Of a stretch of 64,000 nt of DNA, positions 58,001 through 62,900 are shown one piece after another. This DNA is from Malacoraja senta (Eukaryota). Position 1 is the stretch's first letter, and each line of letters opens with the position of its first letter. The position numbers and the translations under genes are program-made. The DNA lies in NCBI GenBank assembly GCA_038087875.1, contig CM075980.1, forward strand, positions 11,346,001 to 11,410,000, read 5' to 3'. Below the pieces are notes generated by a model. That model was not told the origin of the DNA and made no database searches. It saw only the letters and a program-made list of their open reading frames with translations.

Positions 58001-60329
58001 AAGTGGCGAGGAAAACAAGACATCTGAAACCAAAATGAACAGAATAAGCAACTGTTCCTCAATTTAACACCAACCAGAGTGAGGGTTGTGAAATTAATAA
58101 TGGAAGGACAAAGAAGGAAGTGTAAATTAAAGTGAAATGAAAAGAGAAAATGCTTTAAAAAATGCAGTGGTCAGGCAACAGTTGTGAAGAAACATTGAAG
58201 GGAAAACAAGTTTCAAGGTACATGGATGGATGAAAGACACGGCTGAAGTAACAAAAGGGAAAATCGATTAAGAGATAGAGGACTGGAGAAATTAAATTGA
58301 CAAAATGAATGAAAACGTAGGTGATTTAATTACCAACTTTACAGGCGACACAAAAATGGTTGTGGATAATGAGGAAGGTTGTCAAAGGATATAACAGGAT
58401 ATAGGTTAGTTGGAAATTTAGCAGAGAAGTAACAGATGGACATTAATCTAGACAAATATGAGGTGTTGCATTTTGGGAATTCAACCGAAAAAGGAAAGTT
58501 ATGCAGTCAATGAAAAGGACCTTGTGGAGCATTGAGCTACAGAGGGATCAAATGGTACAAGTGCATAGCTGCCCAAAATGGCAACACAAATGGAAAGAGT
58601 GGTGAACAAGGCATACAGCATGCTCGGCTTTATTGGTCAGAGCATTGGCTTTCAAGGTTGCAAAGTCAAGTAGCAGCAGTAAAAATCTTTGGTTAGGGCA
58701 CATTTGGAGTCTTTTGTGCATGGCTGGCAGCCACATTACAAGAAGAATGTGGAAGCATTGGAGAGGGTGCAGAAGCAATTCACCACCATGTTGCCTATAG
58801 TGGATGGAGTATATTTACAAGAGGTTGGACAAATTTGGTAGGCACAAAATGCTGGAGTAACTCATCGGGGCAGACAGCATCGCTGGTTTCGGGTTGAGAC
58901 CCTTCTTCAATTTGGATTGTTTTCTTTGGAGCATCCAATGCAACAGGTATAATATTATTAGGCACTGAAATGATAAATAGTTTTACTAGTGCATTAATGT
59001 CAAAAACTAGACATAGTTTCAAGGTGAGAATGGGCAAAATTTAAAGGAGATGCATGGGGCAAATTTTGTTTTTTAAATAAACAGTGGGAGGCGAGTAGTA
59101 CCTGTTACCAGGGATGATGGTGAAGGCAGATATGGTAGTGGAATTTAAGACACTTTTGGATAGCCACATGGATATGGAGGGATTGGAGAGATAAGGATTA
59201 TATGTGGGCTGATAAGAGTTAGTCTTGGCATCATGCTCAGCACAGACATTGAGGGCTGAAGAGCTTGTTCCTGTGCTGTGCTATATTCCATGTTCTATAA
59301 CCCAAAGATAGGAATAGCTACCTTCAGTTGGATTGTAGCATTATAAAATACCCAAGAAATACTGTATTAAGAGAAACTATAAAACAAAACCAATAGCAAT
59401 CTCAGAATTAGTAACATACAGTTGCTGCTGCTGCTGCTATAGCAGTTACACATGTGAATACATCAATTAAGTCAAAACCTCTGGAACTAACCTATAACGA
59501 TGAAGTGTTAAGCAGAAAAGTTTGCACAGGCCTTTCACAGCACCATCAGGCAGATCTGAAAGGACAAAAAAGATCAGCAACAAACTGCATCAAGTTTATG
59601 GACTCCCCACTAGAATTGCCTTCATCTATATTAATAAACTCATACATTTATACATCAAACGTACTACGGACTCATGACACTTGCTTTCTGTCACCTTATA
59701 ACAGTATTGCTGTCATAAAAAAGAACATCCACATTGCACTCTAAACCACTGTCTCATTCCACCGTTTCTGGATTGTAGATTGTTCTCCAATATACTCTAC
59801 CGTGCATCTTTTTGCAGTTTACTTTATCTTACTGGCTACAATGGTACCTCGCTTAATTCACAAGATCCACACTGAAAGATATCATCGTAACCTTACCTGG
59901 AGAGAATGCATCACTAACTGCGTGACTGGTCTAGAGACCAACACCAATCCAGCAAGAAACACCCAAGGCTCCGTGTGGAGGAGCTGCTACTGTTCAGTAT
60001 AGAGATGGGAGGCTCAGTGTTGCATCCTGGCCAGCAGAGAGATTGTGGTCATGGGACTGGCGCACACACCTGCCCCATGTGTGGGCAGTCTACTCAAATC
60101 CTACTGTCTCTATAACAAGGCATTTATGTATGCAATTTCAAATTAGGATTTACACTTCACCCAAATAAAAATAACATGTGGCTGTTTGCGGACCATAGGA
60201 GAAGATGTGGTTCAGCAATTACCTACCTTTTCCATTGACACAGCTCCCCAAATCAGAGAGTATCTGCTGCCTCTCTTTTACACTGGCGGTAGTGACTCTT
60301 GCAGCAAACCTCCTGAGAGTGTCTGAAAC
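869..60329 (-). CDS. GCN1: GCN1 (eIF2-alpha kinase activator GCN1 / GCN1L1), partial spliced gene: exons 2-44; 1-nt deletion in exon 36
   Basis: 43 GT-AG exons translate collinearly with vertebrate GCN1, from [20 protein letters not shown] to [14 protein letters not shown]. Phases chain across all introns except at exon 36. Exon numbering is inferred from recalled human structure. Confidence 0.97.
1963..2080 (-). CDS. GCN1: GCN1 exon 43 (118 nt)
   Basis: cag|[39 protein letters not shown]|gtgaag. Confidence 0.96.
2440..2702 (-). mobile_element. HE1-like tRNA-derived V-SINE
   Basis: GGGAGGAAACCGGAGCACCCGGAGG (V-domain) and reverse-complement tRNA head ...CTACCAGCTGCGCCAC. Confidence 0.8.
2732..3265 (-). 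mobile_element. CR1-clade LINE 3' fragment
   Basis: [13 protein letters not shown]...[11 protein letters not shown]...GLDRVDVER. Confidence 0.85.
3290..3830 (+). mobile_element. Old CR1 RT fragment
   Basis: [11 protein letters not shown]...[10 protein letters not shown]. Confidence 0.7.
4075..4217 (-). CDS. GCN1: GCN1 exon 42 (143 nt)
   Basis: cag|[47 protein letters not shown](R)|gtactg. Confidence 0.96.
4288..5917 (+). mobile_element. Full-length Tc1-family (IR/DR type) DNA transposon, 1630 bp, inactive
   Basis: TA|CAGTGCCC...GGGCACTG|TA; about 220-bp TIRs (4288-4510 / 5695-5917), each with two copies of a TAAkGTTTGGdACA direct repeat; transposase remnant inside. Confidence 0.95.
4642..5663 (+). 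pseudogene. Tc1 DDE transposase pseudogene
   Basis: ATG at 4642; paired-like HTH and GRPRKT; TDETK (first D); QDN and NPIE in a shifted frame; premature TGA at 5074-5076 and a frameshift near 5345; original stop TAA at 5661-5663. Confidence 0.92.
5920..6215 (+). mobile_element. CR1 3' fragment
   Basis: GGTGACCTGACAGAAGTATATAG...GGGCTGAAGGACCTGTTCCTGTGCTGTATTGTTCCATG tail. Confidence 0.7.
6951..7147 (-). CDS. GCN1: GCN1 exon 41 (197 nt)
   Basis: cag|[65 protein letters not shown]|gtaaaa. Confidence 0.96.
8330..8868 (+). mobile_element. GC-rich composite retroposon-like element A
   Basis: CpG-rich body, GCCTTCCATCACAG hairpin (8684), tail hairpin, AATAAA, then (ACCTTTGA)n-like repeats. Confidence 0.7.
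8935..9175 (-). mobile_element. HE1-like V-SINE
   Basis: TTTAGTTTAGAGATACAGC tail, TGTGGGAGGAAACCGGAGCACCCGGAG, tRNA head. Confidence 0.82.
9235..9373 (-). CDS. GCN1: GCN1 exon 40 (139 nt)
   Basis: cag|[46 protein letters not shown]|gtgaga. Confidence 0.96.
9715..9975 (-). mobile_element. Older V-SINE copy
   Basis: GGCCAATTAACCTACCAGCATGTTTTTGGAT...GGAGCTGTGTGGCAGCAGCAC. Confidence 0.65.
10047..10115 (-). CDS. GCN1: GCN1 exon 39 (69 nt)
   Basis: cag|[23 protein letters not shown]|gtaaga. Confidence 0.95.
10365..11430 (+). mobile_element. Old CR1 fragment
   Basis: Degenerate RT and C-terminal motifs plus CR1 3'UTR (GATCAGCCATGAT...CCTACTCCTGCTCCTAATTCTTATG). Confidence 0.7.
11531..11751 (-). 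CDS. GCN1: GCN1 exon 38 (221 nt)
   Basis: tag|[73 protein letters not shown]|gtaagt. Confidence 0.96.
12550..12729 (-). CDS. GCN1: GCN1 exon 37 (180 nt)
   Basis: tag|[59 protein letters not shown]|gtgagt. Confidence 0.96.
13225..13634 (+). mobile_element. CR1 3' fragment
   Basis: [24 protein letters not shown] plus 3'UTR. Confidence 0.85.
13997..14110 (-). CDS. GCN1: GCN1 exon 36 (114 nt as given; 115 needed; frameshifted)
   Basis: cag|[15 protein letters not shown], then a frame change, then [22 protein letters not shown]|gtatcg. One base is missing near 14062-14064. Confidence 0.9.
14353..14474 (-). CDS. GCN1: GCN1 exon 35 (122 nt)
   Basis: tag|[40 protein letters not shown]|gtcagt. Confidence 0.95.
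15631..15877 (-). CDS. GCN1: GCN1 exon 34 (247 nt)
   Basis: tag|[22 protein letters not shown]...[26 protein letters not shown]...[10 protein letters not shown]|gtgaga. Confidence 0.96.
16260..16485 (-). mobile_element. Older V-SINE copy
   Basis: CAATTAACCCACC...GGATGAAACCAGAGCACCAGGAGGAAATCC. Confidence 0.65.
16811..17005 (-). CDS. GCN1: GCN1 exon 33 (195 nt)
   Basis: tag|[65 protein letters not shown]|gtactg. Confidence 0.95.
18290..18660 (-). mobile_element. Ancient Deu-domain SINE remnant (SacSINE1-like)
   Basis: Degenerate match, from memory, to the shark DeuSINE consensus (GGGACAAACGTTGGCCAGAACAC...GAGTGTCAACCAAGATTTTCATGCTCA). Confidence 0.5.
18829..18994 (-). CDS. GCN1: GCN1 exon 32 (166 nt)
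   Basis: tag|[55 protein letters not shown]|gtaggt. Confidence 0.95.
20032..20102 (-). CDS. GCN1: GCN1 exon 31 (71 nt)
   Basis: cag|[23 protein letters not shown](R)|gtacgg. Confidence 0.95.
20564..21333 (+). mobile_element. GC-rich composite retroposon-like element B
   Basis: Same hairpin (21165), tail hairpin, AATAAA, (TGATTC)n; possible TSD CTAAATG (20557-20563 / 21334-21340). Confidence 0.72.
21534..21723 (-). CDS. GCN1: GCN1 exon 30 (190 nt)
   Basis: cag|[63 protein letters not shown]|gtaaga. Confidence 0.95.
21821..21992. mobile_element. Palindromic Penelope-derived mini-element
   Basis: GTAGACAC...arm / CTGAAGAAGGGTCTCAACCCGAAACGCC / inverted arm...GCGTCTA. Confidence 0.8.
22607..22734 (-). 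CDS. GCN1: GCN1 exon 29 (128 nt)
   Basis: cag|[42 protein letters not shown]|gtaagg. Confidence 0.94.
23060..23240 (+). mobile_element. Penelope-like 3' fragment truncated by a CR1 insertion
   Basis: [22 protein letters not shown] followed by a partial GAAGAAGGGTCTC. Confidence 0.75.
23240..24600 (-). mobile_element. CR1-clade LINE 3' fragment
   Basis: [14 protein letters not shown]...[10 protein letters not shown]...HLEYCLQFW; tail (ATAGAAAC)n at 23240. Confidence 0.9.
23964..24068 (-). mobile_element. Penelope-derived mini-insert within CR1, 15-bp TSD
   Basis: ACCATTCAGATAATA duplicated (23949-23963, 24069-24083). Confidence 0.85.
24770..25203 (+). mobile_element. 5'-truncated RTE-clade non-LTR retrotransposon
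   Basis: Uninterrupted ORF end ALYASESW...[13 protein letters not shown]...[10 protein letters not shown]...[11 protein letters not shown]; tail CTAAGTCTAAGTAAGT; possible TSD CATAT (24765-24769 / 25204-25208). Confidence 0.88.
25845..26108 (-). mobile_element. HE1-like V-SINE (interrupted by the MITE)
   Basis: GTGGGAGAAAACCGGAGCACCCGGAGAAAACCC...CAGACAGCACC. Confidence 0.82.
26109..26323. mobile_element. PIF/Harbinger-type MITE (215 bp)
   Basis: TIR AGGGCCTGTCTCACTTGGCGATTTT / AAAATCGCCAAGTGGGACAGGCCCT; left flank TAA; CpG-rich interior; inserted in a V-SINE. Confidence 0.8.
26505..26708. mobile_element. Palindromic Penelope-derived mini-element with 15-bp TSD
   Basis: TSD ATCCACAATATCATG (26490-26504, 26709-26723); about 75-bp near-perfect inverted arms around the hammerhead core. 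Confidence 0.85.
26619..26646 (+). ncRNA. Minimal hammerhead motif variant (GUU triplet)
   Basis: GGGU-CUGAAGA-A-GGGUUUCAGCCC-GAAAC-GUU-GCCU. Confidence 0.55.
27333..27476 (-). CDS. GCN1: GCN1 exon 28 (144 nt)
   Basis: tag|[48 protein letters not shown]|gtaaca. Confidence 0.95.
27610..27995. mobile_element. Inverted pair of Penelope pLTR remnants
   Basis: Minus copy ending CCCTTCTTCAGAC (about 27700) and plus copy GTCTGAAGAAGGGTCCCGACC (about 27872). Confidence 0.72.
29080..29207 (-). mobile_element. Penelope-derived mini-insert, 11-bp TSD
   Basis: AATTATGATGT duplicated (29069-29079, 29208-29218). Confidence 0.8.
29230..30360 (+). mobile_element. Old CR1 fragments
   Basis: [13 protein letters not shown] and other degenerate CR1 ORF2 motifs. 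Confidence 0.6.
30784..30864 (-). CDS. GCN1: GCN1 exon 27 (81 nt)
   Basis: cag|[27 protein letters not shown]|gtacat. Confidence 0.94.
32099..32277 (-). CDS. GCN1: GCN1 exon 26 (179 nt)
   Basis: cag|[59 protein letters not shown]|gtgatg. Confidence 0.91.
32733..32888 (-). CDS. GCN1: GCN1 exon 25 (156 nt)
   Basis: cag|[51 protein letters not shown]|gtatgt. Confidence 0.93.
33416..33614 (-). CDS. GCN1: GCN1 exon 24 (199 nt)
   Basis: cag|[66 protein letters not shown]|gtatgt. Confidence 0.93.
34515..35467 (+). mobile_element. CR1-clade (HER1-like) LINE, young 3' fragment
   Basis: Near-intact ORF2 end: [12 protein letters not shown]...[16 protein letters not shown]...[13 protein letters not shown]...[14 protein letters not shown]; 3'UTR ending TTTTCTATGTATCTAT. 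Confidence 0.92.
35595..36384 (+). mobile_element. GC-rich composite retroposon-like element C
   Basis: (GGGGGT)4 head, CpG-rich body, same hairpin (36236), tail hairpin, AATAAA, (TTGTA)n. Confidence 0.72.
36854..36967 (-). CDS. GCN1: GCN1 exon 23 (114 nt)
   Basis: tag|[38 protein letters not shown]|gtataa. Confidence 0.93.
37394..37487 (-). CDS. GCN1: GCN1 exon 22 (94 nt)
   Basis: tag|[31 protein letters not shown]|gtattt. Confidence 0.94.
38377..38555 (-). CDS. GCN1: GCN1 exon 21 (179 nt)
   Basis: tag|[59 protein letters not shown]|gtaagt. Confidence 0.91.
38713..38734. repeat. (CT)n microsatellite
   Basis: CCTCTCTCTCTCTCTCTCTCTC. Confidence 0.9.
39784..39908 (-). CDS. GCN1: GCN1 exon 20 (125 nt)
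   Basis: cag|[41 protein letters not shown]|gtgaac. Confidence 0.9.
41303..41492 (-). CDS. GCN1: GCN1 exon 19 (190 nt)
   Basis: tag|[63 protein letters not shown]|gtagga. Confidence 0.92.
42112..42271 (-). CDS. GCN1: GCN1 exon 18 (160 nt)
   Basis: cag|[53 protein letters not shown]|gtctat. Confidence 0.92.
42505..42725. mobile_element. Degenerate palindromic Penelope-derived element
   Basis: GTGCTGGAGTAACTCAG...GACGTTTCGGG...CTGAAGAAG...GAGTTACTCCAGCAC. Confidence 0.72.
42999..43062 (-). CDS. GCN1: GCN1 exon 17 (64 nt)
   Basis: cag|[20 protein letters not shown](Q)|gtatgt; phase compatible with exon 18. Confidence 0.88.
43487..43579 (-). CDS. GCN1: GCN1 exon 16 (93 nt)
   Basis: cag|[30 protein letters not shown]|gtgagt. 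Confidence 0.94.
44591..44743 (-). CDS. GCN1: GCN1 exon 15 (153 nt)
   Basis: cag|[50 protein letters not shown]|gtaggt. Confidence 0.94.
45385..45580. mobile_element. Degenerate palindromic Penelope-derived element
   Basis: CTGCTGGAAGAACT...GACCCTTCTTCAGTCTGAAG...AGTTCCTCCAGCAG. Confidence 0.65.
46049..46222 (-). CDS. GCN1: GCN1 exon 14 (174 nt)
   Basis: cag|[57 protein letters not shown]|gtaagt. Confidence 0.95.
46431..46529 (-). CDS. GCN1: GCN1 exon 13 (99 nt)
   Basis: cag|[32 protein letters not shown]|gtgagt. Confidence 0.94.
47090..47140 (-). CDS. GCN1: GCN1 exon 12 (51 nt)
   Basis: cag|[16 protein letters not shown]|gttagt. Confidence 0.93.
47395..47745 (-). mobile_element. Penelope-like 3' UTR/pLTR fragment
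   Basis: GGAACTGCAGATGCTGG...AACTCAGTGGGTCAGGCAGCATCTCTGGAG...TTCTTCAGACTGAT plus a purine-rich 3'UTR. Confidence 0.7.
48706..48834 (-). CDS. GCN1: GCN1 exon 11 (129 nt)
   Basis: tag|[42 protein letters not shown]|gtaata. Confidence 0.94.
48880..49402 (-). mobile_element. CR1 3' fragment
   Basis: [27 protein letters not shown]...[13 protein letters not shown]...[13 protein letters not shown]. Confidence 0.88.
49629..49703 (-). CDS. GCN1: GCN1 exon 10 (75 nt)
   Basis: cag|[24 protein letters not shown]|gtaagt. Confidence 0.94.
50379..50474 (+). mobile_element. Penelope-derived mini-insert, 9-bp TSD
   Basis: TACCAGAGT duplicated (50370-50378, 50475-50483). Confidence 0.82.
50387..50414 (+). 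ncRNA. Minimal type-I hammerhead ribozyme motif (Penelope-derived)
   Basis: CUGAAGA-A-[GGGUC UC GACCC]-GAAA-C-GUC; activity untested. Confidence 0.7.
51001..51109 (-). CDS. GCN1: GCN1 exon 9 (109 nt)
   Basis: cag|[36 protein letters not shown]|gtaagt. Confidence 0.93.
51437..51505 (-). CDS. GCN1: GCN1 exon 8 (69 nt)
   Basis: cag|[23 protein letters not shown]|gtgagg. Confidence 0.92.
52974..53108 (-). CDS. GCN1: GCN1 exon 7 (135 nt)
   Basis: tag|[45 protein letters not shown]|gtttgt. Confidence 0.9.
53724..53822 (-). CDS. GCN1: GCN1 exon 6 (99 nt)
   Basis: cag|[33 protein letters not shown]|gtaaga. Confidence 0.93.
53975..54430 (-). mobile_element. Degraded Penelope-like fragment
   Basis: Minus translation [12 protein letters not shown]...; terminal AACTGCAGATGCTGGAA motif. 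Confidence 0.65.
54815..54923 (-). CDS. GCN1: GCN1 exon 5 (109 nt)
   Basis: tag|[36 protein letters not shown]|gtgagt. Confidence 0.9.
55400..55962 (+). mobile_element. Penelope-like element 3' fragment: GIY-YIG endonuclease remnant plus pLTR with hammerhead motif
   Basis: [22 protein letters not shown]...[10 protein letters not shown]...[23 protein letters not shown] followed by CTGAAGAAGGGTCTCGACCCGAAACGTC. Confidence 0.9.
55873..55900 (+). ncRNA. Minimal type-I hammerhead ribozyme motif (Penelope pLTR)
   Basis: Identical core CUGAAGA-A-GGGUCUCGACCC-GAAAC-GUC downstream of the GIY-YIG remnant. Confidence 0.72.
56037..56168 (-). CDS. GCN1: GCN1 exon 4 (132 nt)
   Basis: cag|[43 protein letters not shown]|gtatta. 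Confidence 0.92.
56370..57900 (+). mobile_element. Rex1/Babar-like LINE 3' ORF fragment split by the DNA transposon
   Basis: [16 protein letters not shown]...[10 protein letters not shown], insert, [30 protein letters not shown]...IIKD..HSGH. Confidence 0.8.
56481..57515. mobile_element. Non-autonomous DNA transposon (1035 bp, TAG...CTA termini, possibly hAT-related) nested in a Rex1-like LINE
   Basis: Imperfect 14-bp TIR TAGGTATGTTACAA / TTGTAACATTGCTA; flanking duplication CTATTAG (56474-56480, 57516-57522); removing the insert restores the LINE frame SILLGC. Confidence 0.8.
58300..59297 (+). mobile_element. Old CR1 fragment
   Basis: Degenerate FTGDTK / EVLHFG motifs and CR1 tail GGGCTGAAGAGCTTGTTCCTGTGCTG. 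Confidence 0.72.
58839..58908 (-). mobile_element. Penelope-derived mini-insert within CR1, 7-bp TSD
   Basis: AATTTGG duplicated (58832-58838, 58909-58915). Confidence 0.75.
59492..59555 (-). CDS. GCN1: GCN1 exon 3 (64 nt)
   Basis: cag|(D)[20 protein letters not shown](R)|gttagt. Confidence 0.94.
60227..60329 (-). CDS. GCN1: GCN1 exon 2 (103 nt)
   Basis: cag|[34 protein letters not shown]|gtaggt. Confidence 0.93.
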
Positions 60330-61134
60330 CTGAAAATTAATCACACAGTTCTCATTTTGTAATCTCTTAAACAATGTATTTATCCCACACATATTGACAA
60401 ATGACCATTGATGGGGCCAAGTTTACCAGATCCGCAGCTAGCAGTGCAACACTGAAACAGACCAGTTAGAACAAAGTGAACTCAGGGCACTGAAATAGTA
60501 CACTGCATAGTAAACTTGTATCCTGTGGCACAGGAAATATCATCTGCATGCGAGTTAAATTAACTGACTCCAGTAGAGAATAGTAAATAAAATTAACCCT
60601 AGCAAGCCATTAAAAAAGCCACGGTGGCAGATGGTAAGTATACTGACTTCAACTGTATCTGTTCAACTGTATCTGAATTGCCCACCAACTTTCAAAGTTT
60701 GGCTCACTTGGTAAGAATGCCACTCAAGAAAGTTATTCAAAGGTATGTCTAAATGTGAAACTGCATCCCAGCATAGTTGAGATTTGCTGCTCACTGCTGC
60801 AGTGTGGGGTAACTTAAATTCCACACACAAGGAAAAGAGACTTAATCAACAAGAGCAGGCAAATCAGGCAAGTTCTTAAAAGAGTTCTTTTTTTTATTGT
60901 ACCGCTGCTGGCAAGTTCATTTCACTGTACTTTATTGTGCACGTGACGAATAAATCTGACTTGACTTGACAAAGAGGCATTTGCCCACATTGTAGGCCTC
61001 TACAAGTGCAGGCATCTAGAGACCACAAACAGTCCTTACAGAGATCTCCTCTGACAACCTCAGACCCGGGTTCCTCAGACTCTCCAATGGGAGCAGCTTC
61101 TAACAACCACCCCATCCATAACAATCATTGCAGT

Positions 61135-61460
61135 ACCCAATGTTGGGCGAGTCCAGAACCAGGGGCCACTGTCTTAGAATAAAGGGCAGGCCATTTAAGA
61201 CTGAGGTGAGAAAAAACGTTTTCACCCAGAGAGTTGTGAATTTGTGGAATTCCCTGCCACAGAGGTCAGTGGAGGCCATATCACTGGATGGATTTAAGAG
61301 TAAGATAGAGTTCTAGGGTCTAGTGGAATCAAGGGATATGGGGAGAAGGCAGGCACGGGTTATTGATTGGGGACGATCAACCATGATCACAATGAATGGC
61401 GGTGCTGGCTCGAAGGGCCGAATGGCCTCCTCCTGCACCTATTTTCTATGTTTCTATGTA
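61135..61460 (+). mobile_element. CR1 3' fragment
   Basis: [43 protein letters not shown] plus (TTTCTATG)n tail. Confidence 0.88.
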
Positions 61461-62139
61461 CCCATTCAAACCAAAAATGATAGTGTGTTGCTTGTATTGT
61501 CCTGGGTTAGTTTAAAATTGCACCTGCTGTTCTACATGTTGAGAATAGCAAGAATTTGCAAAGTAGTAGGGAGAATGGCATAAAAACTGGCAACATTTAC
61601 TGTTCAGCACAACGACGTTTTAATGGAGCAACTTCTAGGTCCTTTCATAAATATAGCATTTGAAGGAAACTTGCTATTTTAGGAACAGCACGTACATTTT
61701 TAAATGCAGTTACTCAAGCTATAATTACGAAACAATTTATCCTTGAACAAAGGCCTACAATTTTCATTGTTATCACAGTTGGAGACCAATCATCTCATCA
61801 TACCTGCACCAGCTCCATCTTTCCAATCATTCCTACTTCTCATTGCCAAAAGCCAGTAATTTTCTTCCTTTCAGATCACTACATTTCCTACAACTGTTTT
61901 TAACCATAATTCAGGCAGAATTTCAGGTCATAATTCATTGTGTAAAAGAAAACAAATATTTTCCAACGATGTAAAATCTGTATTCGCTTCGTTATTGAAC
62001 CATCTGCCAATTTCTCTTTATTACAACAACCTTCTCTGTTCTTAAGGATATAAAGAGAAGCTCTAGTCTTTTCACAGAATGGAATCAAACTCGTCTACAT
62101 CATATCCAAAGCTCATAACATGCTTTCTAAATGGTTTAG

Positions 62140-62345
62140 CTTGCTTTAGTTTAAAGATACATCACGGAACAGGCCTTATGGCCCATCTAGTCCACAGCAA
62201 CTATCGATTACCCATTCACACAAGTTTTACATTATCTCACTGTCTCATCCACTCCCTATACATTAGGGGCAATTTTACAGAGATAAATTAACCTACAAAC
62301 CAAGACGTCTTTGATATGTGGGAGCAAACCGGTGCAGTCACATGG
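62140..62345 (-). mobile_element. V-SINE fragment
   Basis: TTTAGTTTAAAGATAC...AATTAACCTACAAACC...TGTGGGAGCAAACCGG. Confidence 0.7.
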
Positions 62346-62900
62346 AGAATTTCAAGAGGGCTTCAATACAAAAACAGGGATGTAGTGCTGAGGCTTTATA
62401 AGGCGCTGGCCGGTAAGGCCGCATTTGAAAATTGTGAGCAATTTTGGGCACCATATCCGAGGATGTGCTGGCTCTGCAGAGGGTCCAGAGGAAGTTTACA
62501 AGAATGATTCCAGAAATGAGTAGGTTAACCTATGATGAGCATTTGTCAGCACTGGGCCTGCACTCGCTGGAGTTTCAAAGAAACATACAGCATAGTGAAA
62601 GGCTTGGATAGAGTGGATATGGAGAGGATGTTTCCACTATTGGGGGAGTCTAGGAGTAGAGGTCATAGCCTCAGAAATAAAGGATGTTCTTTTAGGAAGG
62701 AGAGGTGAAATCTCTTTAGCCAGAGGGTGGTGAATCTGTGGAATTCTTAGCCACAGAAGGCTGTAGAGGCCAAGTCAGTGGATATTTTTTAACGCATAGA
62801 TAGATTTTTGATTAGTACAGGTGTCATATGTTATGGGAAGGCAGAAAAATGGGGTTAGGAGGGAGAGATAGATCAGCCATGATTGAATGGCAGAGCAGAC
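62345..62900 (+). mobile_element. CR1 3' fragment
   Basis: RGLQYKNRDVVLRLYKAL...QFWAPY. Confidence 0.8.

Noticed and set aside
869-60329. GCN1 as a pseudogene
   Set aside because: One lesion in 43 exons, all splice sites canonical, and strong protein conservation
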